Shown: piece by piece, positions 26,601-39,659 of the stretch
Numbering within the stretch: the stretch's first letter is position 1
Layout of the letters: each line of letters begins with the position of its first letter
Assembly (NCBI GenBank): GCA_047495785.1
Contig: JBLDXI010000009.1
Span: 4,092,001 to 4,156,000, forward strand
Direction of reading: 5' to 3'
Length of the DNA stretch: 64,000 nt
From: Lepidodermella squamata
Lineage: Eukaryota; Animalia; Gastrotricha
Notes under the pieces: generated by a model
The model's input: only the letters and a program-made list of their open reading frames with translations
Databases searched by the model: none
Told to the model about the DNA's origin: nothing
Program-made: the position numbers and the translations under genes

Positions 26601-29600
26601 TGACAACATACAAGTCGCAATTTTTCGACAAAATAAATTTCAAAAATTTCTAACGATATTCAAATTTCAAAATTGATACTCGAACTTAGCTGCCATTTTC
26701 ACACGGGTTTACTTTCAAAATAAAACCACAACACATTTTCACATTAAGCTATTTTCTATATGAAACGCAAGTTAACACAAATTATATCAGGGCAAGGCTA
26801 CTCTGATATTACCAAGGTGTCCGGATCAACGCGCTTTATAGACTGAATTTCGATTGTTATTTTTTTAAAAAGCTGGATTTATTCGATTTTTTTCATCAAT
26901 TTTTACCTGCTGCCCAGTGAGGCTAGTATCGCTTTCTTCATCCGCTATTTTGATTTCTTGCATCATGCAAGACATGAGGCGCATCATCGTGTGAACTGCG
27001 TGAATTTCCGAAATGTTAACGAACTGTTTGCATTCGTGTTGGATGAAGGACAGACTGGGCGGGATGAGCCATTCGAACAAATCATCCAACATCTCGCGAA
27101 TTTCGGCGGTCACATTTTTTGGCAGCGACGAGTCGATCCACGACTTTTTCAACGGCCGCCAGCCGAGATTGACCGGCTCCAGGTAGATCATGCCGCAACG
27201 GGAGACTGTCGCAGGACTGGCCTGTTCGAGATCAGCTGGTTCGAAGATCAAGTTCATGGCGTTTGACATTTGAATAATTTCACCAGACATCAAACACAGC
27301 TTCTTGTTATCGTCCAGTACCGTGTTCATGTTTTCAATCTAGAATGAAATATGTAAAAAAATTAGAAATATATGCGGCGAATTTCAAGTTCAATTCGATT
27401 TCAGACCAGTTAATTTCAATTTCAATATCCATTGAAATTTGATAGAAATTTAAAATATTTTTCATTGGATAGATCAGTGTTTCCAATGCAGAAATTCGAC
27501 GTTGACGGTATATTTTTGATACTCATAATTATCTTTGGTCATAAAGAGCGCAGCTTACGCATAAGCGCCCTGAGGAAACCATAACAACGGCGGTGAATAC
27601 ATACCTTAGACACAAATTATAATTCGCAGATGGTTAGCTACAACTTCGAAGAATAATTGACCCCCATCTACTAGCTAAATGCATCAAAGAGTTCTACCTG
27701 TTTTGAGCAATAATTTGTTAAAAAATTTAGCAGCAAATGCAATATAAAATTCAAAACAATCAATTATCAATATAAACAATGGAAATTTTAATTTAACTTT
27801 GAAAATATAATTAAAAGTGCATTTATCCTAATTTTCAAAGAAATGTTGGCATGACCTTTTATATTCTATCAAAAAGCTGTTATAAAATAAAATAAAATTA
27901 CCCAAACTGCGTCGACAGGGCCATCGAGGAGGATCCATTTTCGCTCAGGCGTTGGACTCGATGCGTATTCTCGGAAAGTCGTCGCCAAAACTCCATCAGT
28001 CCACTCATGCGAAACCGGGTCAAAACAGCCGTACAACTGGCCCATCGTAATCGCCTTCGGGTTGATAATTCGATAGAGAACCTTATTTTCACCCATCAAG
28101 CCAGCGGCATGCAAGTCGGTAAGGGCTTCGCTCAGAACTTGATAGCCAACAGTTTTGCCACCCATCGGCTCGCCGACAACCATCAAACCGTGACGAACTA
28201 AAATCATCTCATAGATCTGAATAATTTTCTCAATGTGCCACGGAACTGGCTGCAACTGTCGTTTCGCCATGTTGCTCTTCAACGCCTCGATGAAAGCGGT
28301 GTAATCTGGCGGTTCAAGAGTGACGCCCATGAATAAATCGCCCATAATTCCCTCGAATAGCGGGATGTCTTGCTGCAGAAACTTCGGCAGATTAACGTCC
28401 ATGATAGCTTTCAGTAGAATCTGAGCCTCGTCCTGATCCGGGTATTTCAGCTTCAAATTACCGGCGGCTGTTAGTACGGATTTCACAGCTCGCATACCGT
28501 AGTCGTAATGGCTCTGGGAACTGAGCTGTTCCGAACAAAGTTTGTAGACGTTGACAATTTTTTCCGAGAGTTCTTTCGCGCTGAGAAAACCCATCGAGTA
28601 AAGCGAAATTTCGCCGATCATCGCGTAGTCGGGTACCATCATAGCGACACTTCGGAAAAGTACCTTCAGGTTATCGGGAAGCTCTTGGCGACCGGCGTAA
28701 CCAGGGTTCATCGTGATGAACTGAAAACATAGAACAGTAAATTAAAGAATTGAAATTTCAGAGTAATCAAATTAATTTCGGTTTTTTAAAGCAACTGGTG
28801 CTGGTGCGTATTTACCATTGCGCCTCCTTATTCGATGACACTGGGGTAACGGCGTGCGTCTCATTTCGTTCACTCTTAGGCAATCAGTTTTTTGTCACAA
28901 GAAAGGACGCAGCTTACGCTTTAGCGCCCTCAGTTCCACATGGAGCTATCTGGAGTCTGATACATACCTTAGACACAAATTTAAATTCGCAGATGGTTAT
29001 TAATTTTCTAAAAGGGTTAAAACCTGGGTTCTGAGAGCTAATAACTAAAAATCTAATGGTTATGTGATTGATAAATATTGCTTAAATGCCATGATGATAT
29101 TTAGGAAGTAAAATAATGATAATTGAATAGGTTTTTAATACATTTCAACTAAGAATTTAAATTGATAAATTTTTTCCTAGTGACATCAAACAATAATAAA
29201 TCGATCACTTGTTGATAGCATTGACTCTATCATTTACAATATCTATTGGGTATATGCTATGTTTTAGCGATTACAGAAGGCCTTGAACAGGTGAATAAGG
29301 GTCCAAACTCAGGTGGAAGTATTTTCATTTTACTGCCGCCAGGCGAACTCAAAAAACGTATAGCTACAGAAGTTTTCTTCAATTTTTAAGCTTGATAGTA
29401 ACTTGCGTTCACTTTTTAGAATGGGAACGTTTATACTCGATGACCTAGATTTTTTGCCTAAAATAAAACACGTTTCTATCAATCACACACTTATTTTTTG
29501 CAGCGATGCTGTTTATTTCTACGATTTGATCGTCGTCGTTTCTATCCGCAATAACATTATCGCTGTTTTTCTATGAAAAATCCACCCTGCATATATCGAA

Positions 29601-32600
29601 TTATATTGGTCTGAATACAAGCTTCGAATGGCGTCAAGTAGCCACGATTATACGGTTATAACCATCGACGGCAAGGAGATCAGGGTGAAATCTGAATATT
29701 TAGCTAGGATCATTGAGGATCAAGCCAACGATTCAAGCGAAGAGTCATCACCAAGCATGAAGACTCAGAGGAATGATTCCGATAGCGAGTCAGTTACAAC
29801 AAATTCGACCCCTGTACCTAAAAAAGACAACCACTTAGATAAACCGTCAACTTCGAAGCAGCCGGCTGTTAGCACTACTGGACGCATGAAATGGACAACC
29901 GGGCGAACTCGTCAGTTTTTGACCGAATGTCTGAACAGGAAGAAAGAATTGCACGGAAAAGAAAGTAAGCCCAATAAATTTTTCCAATTTTGACAAAATA
30001 TCGATACATTTTTGCGACATATTTAAATTTTTTTTCCATTTTTCAAGGTACTCAGATGCGCGTTTTTTGCGAAATTGCGAAGTCACTGCCGTTCGCTGCC
30101 TCGAACCCGCAGTGCTTGAGAAATCGCTACAACGCCATGAAAAGAAAGTACAAGCTGCACATCGAAGCTGGGAAACAAATCTCCGAACCAATCGACGATG
30201 ACCTGGGCAGTATACTCGATCTAGCCGGGCAATTATGGGACGATGATCCTAGCGTGCGGCCTCAAAAAGGAGAGCCAAAAGCAGTCGCTGAGAAACCTGC
30301 TGAGAAAGAGAAAGAAATTGCGGCGCCGAGGCGGCGGCTTAACAAGAGATATGGGCCGTTTATTCAAGATTTGATGACCAAGCGAAGCACTAGCAATGTT
30401 GAGGCTATTCTCGAACTGATGGAAAAGAAGTATGAAGAGGACAAACTCCGAAATGACCGCATTCTTGATTGTTTGCAAAAACTGACTGAGCACATTGTTT
30501 CAAGTAAAAAATGAAAATATTGATTTTTGCTATCGGCGTTTTCTGTTACATTTTCGTTTACTCTCTGCGGGTCTGCGTGATTTTTTTCACAGGATTTCTA
30601 GAATTTAGAGGATAACGACGGCTAGCTATTATTGACGAGACAATTATCGAAGCTGACTGAATAAAAAATGAGAAAAATCAATTTGCTCTCAACTGAATTT
30701 TTTACTATTTTTTTAATTTCACCTGTAATTTTATGAGAGAAATTCCAGGAATAAGATTGGACGATTCCGGGGAAAAGTTGAGCAACGAACTAATCTATCT
30801 TCACACGAGTTACATGAACTAGTTTTTCTCACGTCTTTGTCCCATTATTTGTTTGGGCTTTCACTGGCATTTCAGTTTTTCAGATAAAAGTGAAAAAACA
30901 TGTTTCTCGTGAAATTGAGGAGATCAAATCATTCGAATAAATTAAATTGTTCAAAAATCGTAGACTTATGAATTTTATATTAAATGAATATCTCAGAAAT
31001 AATTTTCATTTCAAAAATAATCTATAGGAATAAAATAACTCACCACGCTGCAGGTCGGATTGAGGGAAAGATCGGTTCCTTCGAAAACGAACCGCTTCGC
31101 CCGCGCAATGATCGCCTGTTGAATGGTCAAAATCTGTTGAGCAATCACACTCAACACCTCGAGCTCAATGCGGTTGAACTCGTCGAAACACGCCCACGCA
31201 CCCGCCTGGGCTAGACCCTTGAAAAACTTGCCCATCGCCTTGTAGTCCAAGCCATCCGAGCAATTGAACACAACGCACTGCTTAGCTAGGGCTTTAGCTA
31301 AATCTTTTGTAGTCTCAGTTTTCCCAGTACCGGCTGGTCCTTCCGGGGCGCCGCCGAGGTTCATCTTCAACGCGCCCATCAAGGTTCGATAGCATCGATC
31401 TGTCAATGGTGTGACGACTAAACGGCCTGAATTACCCAGGTACTCATAGCCGTACTGCAGCTCGGTCGTTATCATGTGTACATACATCTCCGTGTTCCAA
31501 TAGTACCGCATCTGCGACATCCAGTTGAAATCCTGGTTTCTAGTCACATTCGCCGCGACTAGTTGCTTGACGACATCTCGCGCGTGTACGTCTAACACGG
31601 TCAACGCGTTCATTGTGATGCGGTGGTTGGGCAGCAGTGGGCCGCGCACCATGCGGACGCTGTCGTCGATCTGGTCGCAGCAGCGTTGGTAGTAGTTTTT
31701 CAGCTCTTGCCCGGTTGGGTCGTCGAAGCAGGCGCTAACTTCAGAGGTCCAGTAGGCCTGGGACACGCAGATGACGACCTGACCAGGCCATTCGAGCACC
31801 CACTGGCGCCGCGGTACTGTGGTGTAGGATCCCATCGAGTCGCCGATGACTTTGCGAATGCTAGAAATCATTACCTCTTCGACCTAAAAAACAGAATTAT
31901 TATGAGAAATCGGGCAAGAAAAATCAGAAAAATTGTAAATTTCAATTCGGCTAAACGCGATACAATTTCGAATAATTTTTTGAAATTTTCTTTATTTCAC
32001 GGAAATTCTTGTAGCTTATAGCTTGCCATGAAAGAATCATTGGGAAGTAAAGCATTGTGAGTAAAATCGTGAATTTCTTGTATTTCCATCAGTTCCGAAT
32101 TCGATTTTCCTATATTTTTTAACCCGCAATAAACTGGTTTTTTTTTCTTTTTTTACCGAGTTCACTTTGAAAATAATATAAAAAAACGAGTAGGTTTATA
32201 AACCTGTAAAAAAATTGCAAAATTCTGTAGGAATGCGGAAATGACAAAAATGACAAAAATTCATTAAAAAATGTGGAAATTAGAAAGCGATTGAAATTTC
32301 GGGAATTCGGGCTTGTTTCTGTATTCTCCAAGAATCGAATACTCGCGTATTTTCCGATTTTTCGATTCAACGAATTAATCATGAAATTCCCGAACAATTT
32401 CGAGGGAATTTTTGGCATAATAATAATTCAAAGACTATCACGATTTTTCTTACCTGAAGAAGCCATTTTTCGACCATGCCTTTCGCTTTACCCGGGTTGA
32501 CTTTGTAAGCGAGCGGAACCAGCTCGCCCTCAGCCGAAATTATACCCGTAATTTCCTGGATATTGTTGAACTCGAGCAAATGAATGCCCTCGAAGCATTT

Positions 32601-35600
32601 TTTCAAATGCGGCTGAACTCGAAGCGGGTCTTTTGTCTCGGACAGAATTTCGAGAAGTTCATCGTTCGACAGGAAGAAGAAACGCGGGAAGTAGAGCCGC
32701 TTCTTCTCCAAATAATCGTTTAATCCCCTCTGAATGCCTTCCAATAAGTCATTCGCCTCTCGAAGACGCTTAACCATGTTAGGCTGGTCAGTAGCCACGA
32801 GGCAGTTCGTGTTTTTAACAGCTTGGGACATGATATCTCGCCAGGTTGAATCGACAATGCCGAAAGACCGAGTTTCCTCCGGCATTTGTGCCATAATGTC
32901 CTCGGAGCTGAAAATCGGCTCAAGGTAAAGCCAAGTTGCTTGAACGTTCAGCCAAGCGTCTAAAATGTCCTGCATATCGGTCAACTTCATCTGCCACTCG
33001 CGGGCTTCAGTCTCAATCGGCTTGATAAACGGTGATCCCATCATAGTTTGAGCCTTGATGATGTGATCGTCGAGCAGCAGCTGAATTTCATCGATAGCTG
33101 CGAGAATTTTGATGTCTGAATCGCGGTATGGCACGAATTCGAAGCACATACTCGTCCATTCTGACTTCATTTTCGTCAACGATTTCTCCAGCGCGTGTTC
33201 TTTACTCGCAGCTCCACTGATTTCCTCAAGCTTTTGGATGAATTTATGCAAACTCAACTCGAGCATTTGAGTTAGGGTGGTTTTCTCATCCGGAGTTATG
33301 TCCAACCCTACAACTTCACTCATCTGCTCCCAGTGGCGTAATTTCAAACCAGGGTTGCAAATAACTTGCATGAGAGGCAGATGGGCCTTGAATCGATCGA
33401 TTCTCGCGCAAGCCTGGTCGCAAACGCGGCGAGGTTGCGGGCTGTCGGCGAAAACTTTGCCCAGCTTATGCAAAATTCGCCACATTTCTCCAACGTCGTT
33501 TTCAATAGTTTCGGCATTTTGGTCCTTAAAAGGTCCGTTCAGCCATTGGTCCGATTTGACATGATATTCATCTAGAAATCGAAAATAAATACAATTTTCA
33601 ATTAATTTTACGAAATTAACTTCGAAAATTTAAAAATTTGAATTTAATTTAATTTGAATTTTGAAAATTTTCAATTAGTTCTTAGCAGTTTTAGTCTTGA
33701 ACTTACAAGTTGTTTTCCAAAGCTTTTCGTAAGGATCTTTCGCGATGAAAATTTCTTGAAGTTGAGGGAAAGAAGTTTGCTCCCATTCGAGCAGCTTCTC
33801 CTCGATGTTGATCTGGTCGAGATCGCTCTGAAGCTCATCGAGCAGCTTGCATAGAACATTCATCTTCTCAACGCATTCCTTCATATCTTCAGCCGTCATT
33901 AAATCGCGCTTTTTGAACCAATCCAACTGCTTGCCGGCATCTTGCAGGCGCTCCTCGAACACTTTGACGCGCTTTTTCAAATTAACCTCGGCTGTATCGC
34001 GTTTATCAGACAATTTTGTTTGAGCTGATTCGAAGACAGCACGCATTTTGAAAGGCCATTGAAGCACAGTCTTGTTCAACGCAATATCATCAGCCGGCAT
34101 TTCGGAATAATCCAACAGGAACATGAGACGTAAGAACGCCTCTTCAACCTTTTCTTTCAACGTGTAAAACGTTTTATCCATCGATGTATTCAAATACGTT
34201 GTCAATTCGACGAGTTCAGCCGTTGTCGCGGGGAGTGAGTTCAGTTTATCGTTCATTTCTTCAAAGCTGTGCGATACATCGCGATTTTCCTCGCGATTAT
34301 CCGTCATAGCCGCTGACGTGATTCGAAGCCGAAGCGATTCAACAAGTTGTATCATTTCATAATTCAAACCCTCGGCATAAAGGCAAAACATTTGAAGAGG
34401 AACGGTTAATCGAAGCGATGACAGTTCGATCTTCATTTGTCTCAGACTATCCAATTTCGTCTTGAACGCCTCCAATGAATGAGGCTCGGCAAGAAATGAC
34501 GTCACATTGCGATCAGCTTTGCCGTTCAACAAGTCTATATAATTTTTATAGACAGTAAGATATCTCTGTGGGCCGATCGTATTCTTCCGATAACTTTCAA
34601 GAGCTTGGTCAACAGCTTCAGTTACCATCAACTCGTCTTTAGCCGCTGTTCTGATGACAAGTCCAGCCTCTCGCAAGCCAGGGAACAGCTCAGATTCAAC
34701 GCGTGGTATCCCTTGGGAAGCTGCGACTATTTCGAGAAAGCATCTAATTAAACAATCTCGAACGTCCTTGAACGACGGTTCAAAGCCGATCTTCGGCTCT
34801 TCGACGATCAATTTAAGAGCTAGAAGTGGTTGTTGAACAAATAAAAGCTCATCGTATTCGCCCGTGAAATCATTTCCAATAGCATATTGTTCGAAAAATT
34901 CCACGAGATCTTTCAATGAGTCGGCGACAAGTTGGCGAAGCTGGTGAGACATCAGCGCAGCGACGCAGCTGAAAAATTTCTCAGCCATCACCGCATTGTC
35001 ATTCGCACCTCTTGGTACCAAGTGCCACCAGTATCTCTTTCGATTTTCGAACAAAGAATCCGCTGCAGCTCCGATCCACGCAGTAGCAAGATGATCGTGA
35101 AGCTCTTTACAATGCTGCGACACCAATTTCTCAAATTCACTAGGAATGAGTGGCAAATTCGATTTTGCAATATCGTCAACGCGCACAAATCGAAGATGCG
35201 CGAATTTTGAGCTGAATAATTTTTGAAGATCGATAACAGCAGCATTAGTAACGAAGAGCTCCCTTGAAATGGCTGAGTGAGACTCAACGTAAGATTCGTG
35301 CCATGGAACTGGTGCGCGAATGACCATGTGTGGTGTTGACCGTATAACTGAATTGATGTGCAAGCGCTTTCTCTCCAAAGGATCTCGCAAAACGTAATTA
35401 ACCATTGCGCATCGCATACTCAAATCATAATCTAGAGAAGTCTCGTATTCAAGCGATGTGAAAACTGGCCGTAGACGGGTGGTTGAACGAAACTTTTGAG
35501 GTACCAGCTTGAGGATAGATTCTTTCTGTGACAATGGTGGGTCGGCAATCATGTCCTTCGTTATGCCTTGTTGAACGTAATAGAAGTAGCGCTCCACGTC

Positions 35601-36607
35601 GTCTTCAGTGGGTAGACCCACTCGTTGCGTCTCCTTATCTTCATCTTGCAACATGCGCTGCCTTTGAACTATGGGGCTCGTAGGACGATCAGTTTCGTCG
35701 TCACCGAAAATTCTGTGATAGTAGTTTGCACTCTGCTTCTGTTGCTTCGGTTTGGATGAGCTACTAGCTTTCGATGAAAAGGGCCTCTTTTGTTTTTCTG
35801 TTTAAACAGTAAATGTGAGACGTTCACCAAATGTGTATAGATTATTAAAACACGAACGTTTGAAAGCGATTTGATCTTCTATGGTGGGCTGCTTTCTCAT
35901 CAAAGTTAAACTGAGACCTTTGGCGCTTGGACTGTAGTTAGCTCCAATGCTATCACTCGGCTGGTGAGCAAATGGTTGCTCGGCATAAGGTGATGCCTTT
36001 GTGAATGAAGCTTCAGCTTGCATGAGCGGTGGATGATACGCATTTCGGTTGACAATCTAACAAAATGTAAATTTGAATGCGAAGCCAGCCAAAAATAAAA
36101 CCATACGTAGTATAAATCAGAATCAAGACCTTTCACCCCTTCAGGAATAGGACGCAGCAAAGGATATGGCTCACATGGCAGATTAGAATAGTTGTACTTC
36201 GGCGTTTCATGATCATACTGAAAAAGCAACAAAGATAGTAGGAGAAGAGCTTCTCTTGGAAATGGATAAAAATGAAATAATGCGCATGAAAGTAAAATGA
36301 TGCGTTCAGCGTTAAACTGTTCAACTGAAGCAAACTGAGAAGTTTGGTGGCATCAGTGGAATCAAACCTCGATGAATGATTTCGGCCGTATAACACATGC
36401 ACTCTTTGCCCTTGGAACTGTCTTTGGCCGAGTAACTACAGCGCTCTTTAATACAGGAAATTGAAATCGGAAGTCGCTATTTGTTTCATGGCTTGGGCTG
36501 AAGATCCCGAAGCCGGCAAGAATCAAATACTTAAGAAAAGTTCATACCTTAGCTCTATCAAGAGGCCTCTCCAAACGAATGTTGAGCTTCGTTTTCCCGG
36601 TATACAT
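17675..36607 (-). CDS. DNAH3: Axonemal inner-arm dynein heavy chain, DNAH3-like; 5' exons (above ~36250) uncertain
   Basis: P-loops [24 protein letters not shown] and GVGGSGRQS, stalk coiled coil, C-terminus [11 protein letters not shown], and N-terminal [19 protein letters not shown] resembling DNAH3; exons joined by GT-AG introns. Confidence 0.9.
24416..24511 (-). ncRNA. Candidate spliced-leader (SL) RNA gene, copy 1, in dynein intron
   Basis: Minus strand AACCATCTGCGAATTATAATTTGTGTCTAAG|GTATGT...AGGGCGC-TAAT-GC-GTAA-GC-T-GCGCTCT; repeated at 27540-27635 and 28901-28998. Confidence 0.6.
26521..26607 (-). ncRNA. Candidate SL RNA, divergent type (copy 4), in dynein intron
   Basis: Shares the 18-mer ATTTGTGTCTAAG|GTATG with the other copies; upstream TACCTT pairs perfectly with AAG|GTA; downstream hairpins and an AATTTTAG Sm-like tract; ends approximate. 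Confidence 0.45.
27540..27635 (-). ncRNA. Candidate SL RNA gene, copy 2, in dynein intron
   Basis: 91/96 identical to copy 1 with an identical leader; shares an upstream 16-bp element at the same spacing. Confidence 0.6.
28901..28998 (-). ncRNA. Candidate SL RNA gene, copy 3, in dynein intron
   Basis: Leader differs only in its hairpin loop (TATA to TTAA); middle region fully diverged; 3' GNRA hairpin kept with pairing-preserving changes. Confidence 0.6.
29628..30514 (+). CDS. Myb/SANT-like (trihelix/MADF-type) DNA-binding protein nested antisense in a dynein intron; exons 29628-29964 and 30048-30514
   Basis: An 83-nt GT-AG intron joins [22 protein letters not shown] to VFCEIAKSL...[16 protein letters not shown]; short C-terminal coiled coil ([17 protein letters not shown]). 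Confidence 0.7.
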
Positions 36608-39600
36608 TTGCAGATTCAACTACAAAACATTACTTAATGGAGCAGCTTCGATCGAACTATTGTCAGTTAATCTGATTAAGTATTACTAGTTACTCTCAAG
36701 GAGGAAACCCGTAAGAACAAGTCGATAAGCATGCCGTTGTCATAGACGCCTCATTTATTGATTTATTAGAAAAATAGTTTATATTTAATAACAAATGATT
36801 TAATAATTATACTAAATTTTGATGTCAAAAACTATTTTGGCGCTATATTTTCAAATTTATTTTCGCGAACTTGGAATTTTTCTGCAATGTCTATGCGCCA
36901 CCTGTTTGAAGAGTCACCTGATTGCGGTCTTTGCTTCCCTGCTGCGATTTGCCCGCGCTTGCGATTGCGAAAAAATCGACAGGACAACATAGCACGGTTA
37001 ACTGCCGACGACGTGGTACCCGTCAGGTCTTCGACTTCACGAGGGTTCACGACGGCAACAGACTGGCGCGCTTGCTCGACTTCGACGAGAATACAATGTG
37101 TTTTATACAATGTGTTTTATTGCTGTTAACCCAGTTGAATTAATTATTGACTTGCTAGTAGTAAATCAGTAATCATCTCAGTTCAGAGAAGACTATATTA
37201 TACAGCATGGGATGCAAAGAGACTAGCTACTAACATGCGCCCAGGCAGAGGAGGCGGATGGCGAAGCCCCGTGCTCCTAAAATACCTACTTCTCCACCTG
37301 GGCAATGTCTGGAAATGGCTAACACCCAGACAGCTGCTCGCTACCGCGCCTTCTGAAGCACTAAGGGCACCGGGCGGGGTGGCCTCTGAAGTACACGCTC
37401 CCGGCGCCTGCCCTATAGACTTCACAGGGAACGGGCTAAGTCCCCATTTATATGCCTACATAACTCTAGTTCTGTCTTTCCCCCCTCAGTTGGGCTCGCA
37501 CACCCGGTCACAGCTAACTTTGGAAACTATATTATTAATTGCCCATGTATAGCCTGGGAAAAGAGCGCCTGGGCTTCGCATTCCATACCATTCATCCATC
37601 CATCAGCCCGTCATTGAAGATATCAAAGTTTTGAACATCAAGTTGTTGTGAATGCATCAAATTCTCCTGATTTGGTAAACTTTATTGATGCTCCGATTAT
37701 TCTAGCTGTCTCGACTTTATTAAATCATTGAAACCTATTTGTTATGATGTAAAAATATACTTCTTCCAATGCAGCATCATCAACTTTCTTCGTTAATCGT
37801 GTATGCATGTCCTTATTGTGTATCCTAGGCGTGACAGTTTGATTTGGAATCACAAGTGAATCCTTCTTATTTTGAGGCCGGGGTTAGCTGATTGTTTGCA
37901 AGTCGATGCTATATCTGGAAAATGAATATTTCAGGATGATTAGTTGGACGTAGTCTAGCCGTCTGCCTTGTTCTTGAACTTGTGAAAACTGGAAACACGT
38001 TTTAGAATTTTTAATGTTGGAAGAATTTTCATCAGTTGCCGTTGATAATTGCTTACTATTTTCACGCTATTTTAATAGCATGAACAGGCACGTTCCGCTT
38101 TTTTTGAAAACTTCCTAATTAGGCGCCATGCGGCAAAAAACTTGTTCATTAATTCCCAAAGCTAATTTTAGCTAAGTCTCGTCCTAGTTGGATAGCACAT
38201 GTTTTTTTTGCTAGCTATTCCTCATTTTCGAGTTACAGTAAGCAAATCTTCGTCTGAAAGCCAAAAGCGGTTATTCAATTTGCTTAACGCTTTCCATCAC
38301 GCTCATCTTATTACATATAACAAGCAAACAGAACATGACATATCGCGAAACAATCGAATGATACGCTTGGTTTATTACGGTAACAAATGTATATCCGCCA
38401 ACATTTTTTTCAAGCTAGTATGTGGTCAGTAAAAACGCAACCGCGCCCAGTACAATGTTTTTTCCGGTTATAACTATCGGCTTTATTAGTTTTGAACGCG
38501 CACACTCCGAATAAATTTTTCTCGTCAAATTTTAGCGATAAAATTCCAAATAGAGACATATTGTGGCCTGTTTACGAACACTGACCACACTCTAGTCGCT
38601 CGTAATCACATTATGAATGGATTTCACATGGAATAATCGATGAGAGGTTCTGATCATTGCTGATTGCTGACTGCCGATTACCATCAGTGATAAAAATATT
38701 ATAGATTTCTAATTTCTAGGCCATCCTTTCGCTGTATGTAGCACAATCCGTTTTATTATCCACGGTATTTAATTCGTTTATAATTCCTGATGTGAAATGG
38801 CGGAATATTGCGAGCCAGGTATTGTTTACCAATGCTATTTCCGGGCTACTCAAACCGCTGCCTAGAATCACCCATCACCCTTGCATTAAGAGAACAACCC
38901 CTTGGCGATCAATGACAAAACGTAGTTTCTAAATTGCGGATTTCCTGTGTTAAAAATGCGCATTCTCTTGAGCGGAAATCGCTGTTATAGCCCTAATGAT
39001 CGACCCGTTTTGCGCGCGCCCCTAATATTTCTAATTAAATACTCGTCCTTCATTTCTTCTCACTGTTATCTTCGCATTATCACGGCAGTTCATCGCTATT
39101 AAATTCTCATTAGACAATCACGTTATAAATGACTTGTTGTTTACTGCTTGAAAGCAGCTTGGCTCATCAATAAATCCGCTGACTTCAAACCAGCCCGTCA
39201 CTTTTATTCAACAATCAAATTAGTTGTTGTGAAAAAATCACGCTTCATAAATCTGATAGTCCAATTTTGCGCCTCATTTGATCTGGCTCATTCAATGACA
39301 GTAATTTCGCATTTTCTTCCATCAAATATAAATAAATAAGTAATGATGAAAAGCTCGGCTTGCGATTGAGTGGGCGATACCTGACCGTGTTTACCAATAT
39401 ACAGATCGACCACTTTTGAGCAAATAATATGTCACATAGCCGGCCATTTCGGCCCGAAAACATCGATTCGTCGATAACAATATTTACATGCATCTCTCTC
39501 GCTCCCTTTTTCTTGTCTAGTGTAATTGATTTTTGTCGTATGTGTATAGGGCTATCGATAACAAACTTTCGCGATCGCCGCTGGGCGCTGGCTGAATTTC

Positions 39601-39659
39601 TATCGCCATTATTTTTGAATAGGTGCTTCTATAACATCAAAATAATGCCCTGAAAAGAA

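Noticed and set aside
17752-35287. Numerous short antisense or alternate-frame ORFs overlapping dynein exons
   Set aside because: Shadow ORFs of the long dynein coding exons
36543-36552. CTAAG|GTATG match to the SL-like donor near the dynein 5' end
   Set aside because: Only the generic splice-donor consensus matches; the leader and hairpin are absent
37200-37610. GC-richer island with partial resemblance to SRP RNA 5' end, RNase MRP and HDV-ribozyme motifs
   Set aside because: Each match is a short isolated fragment and the required partner helices are missing; probably a decayed repeat, so left unassigned
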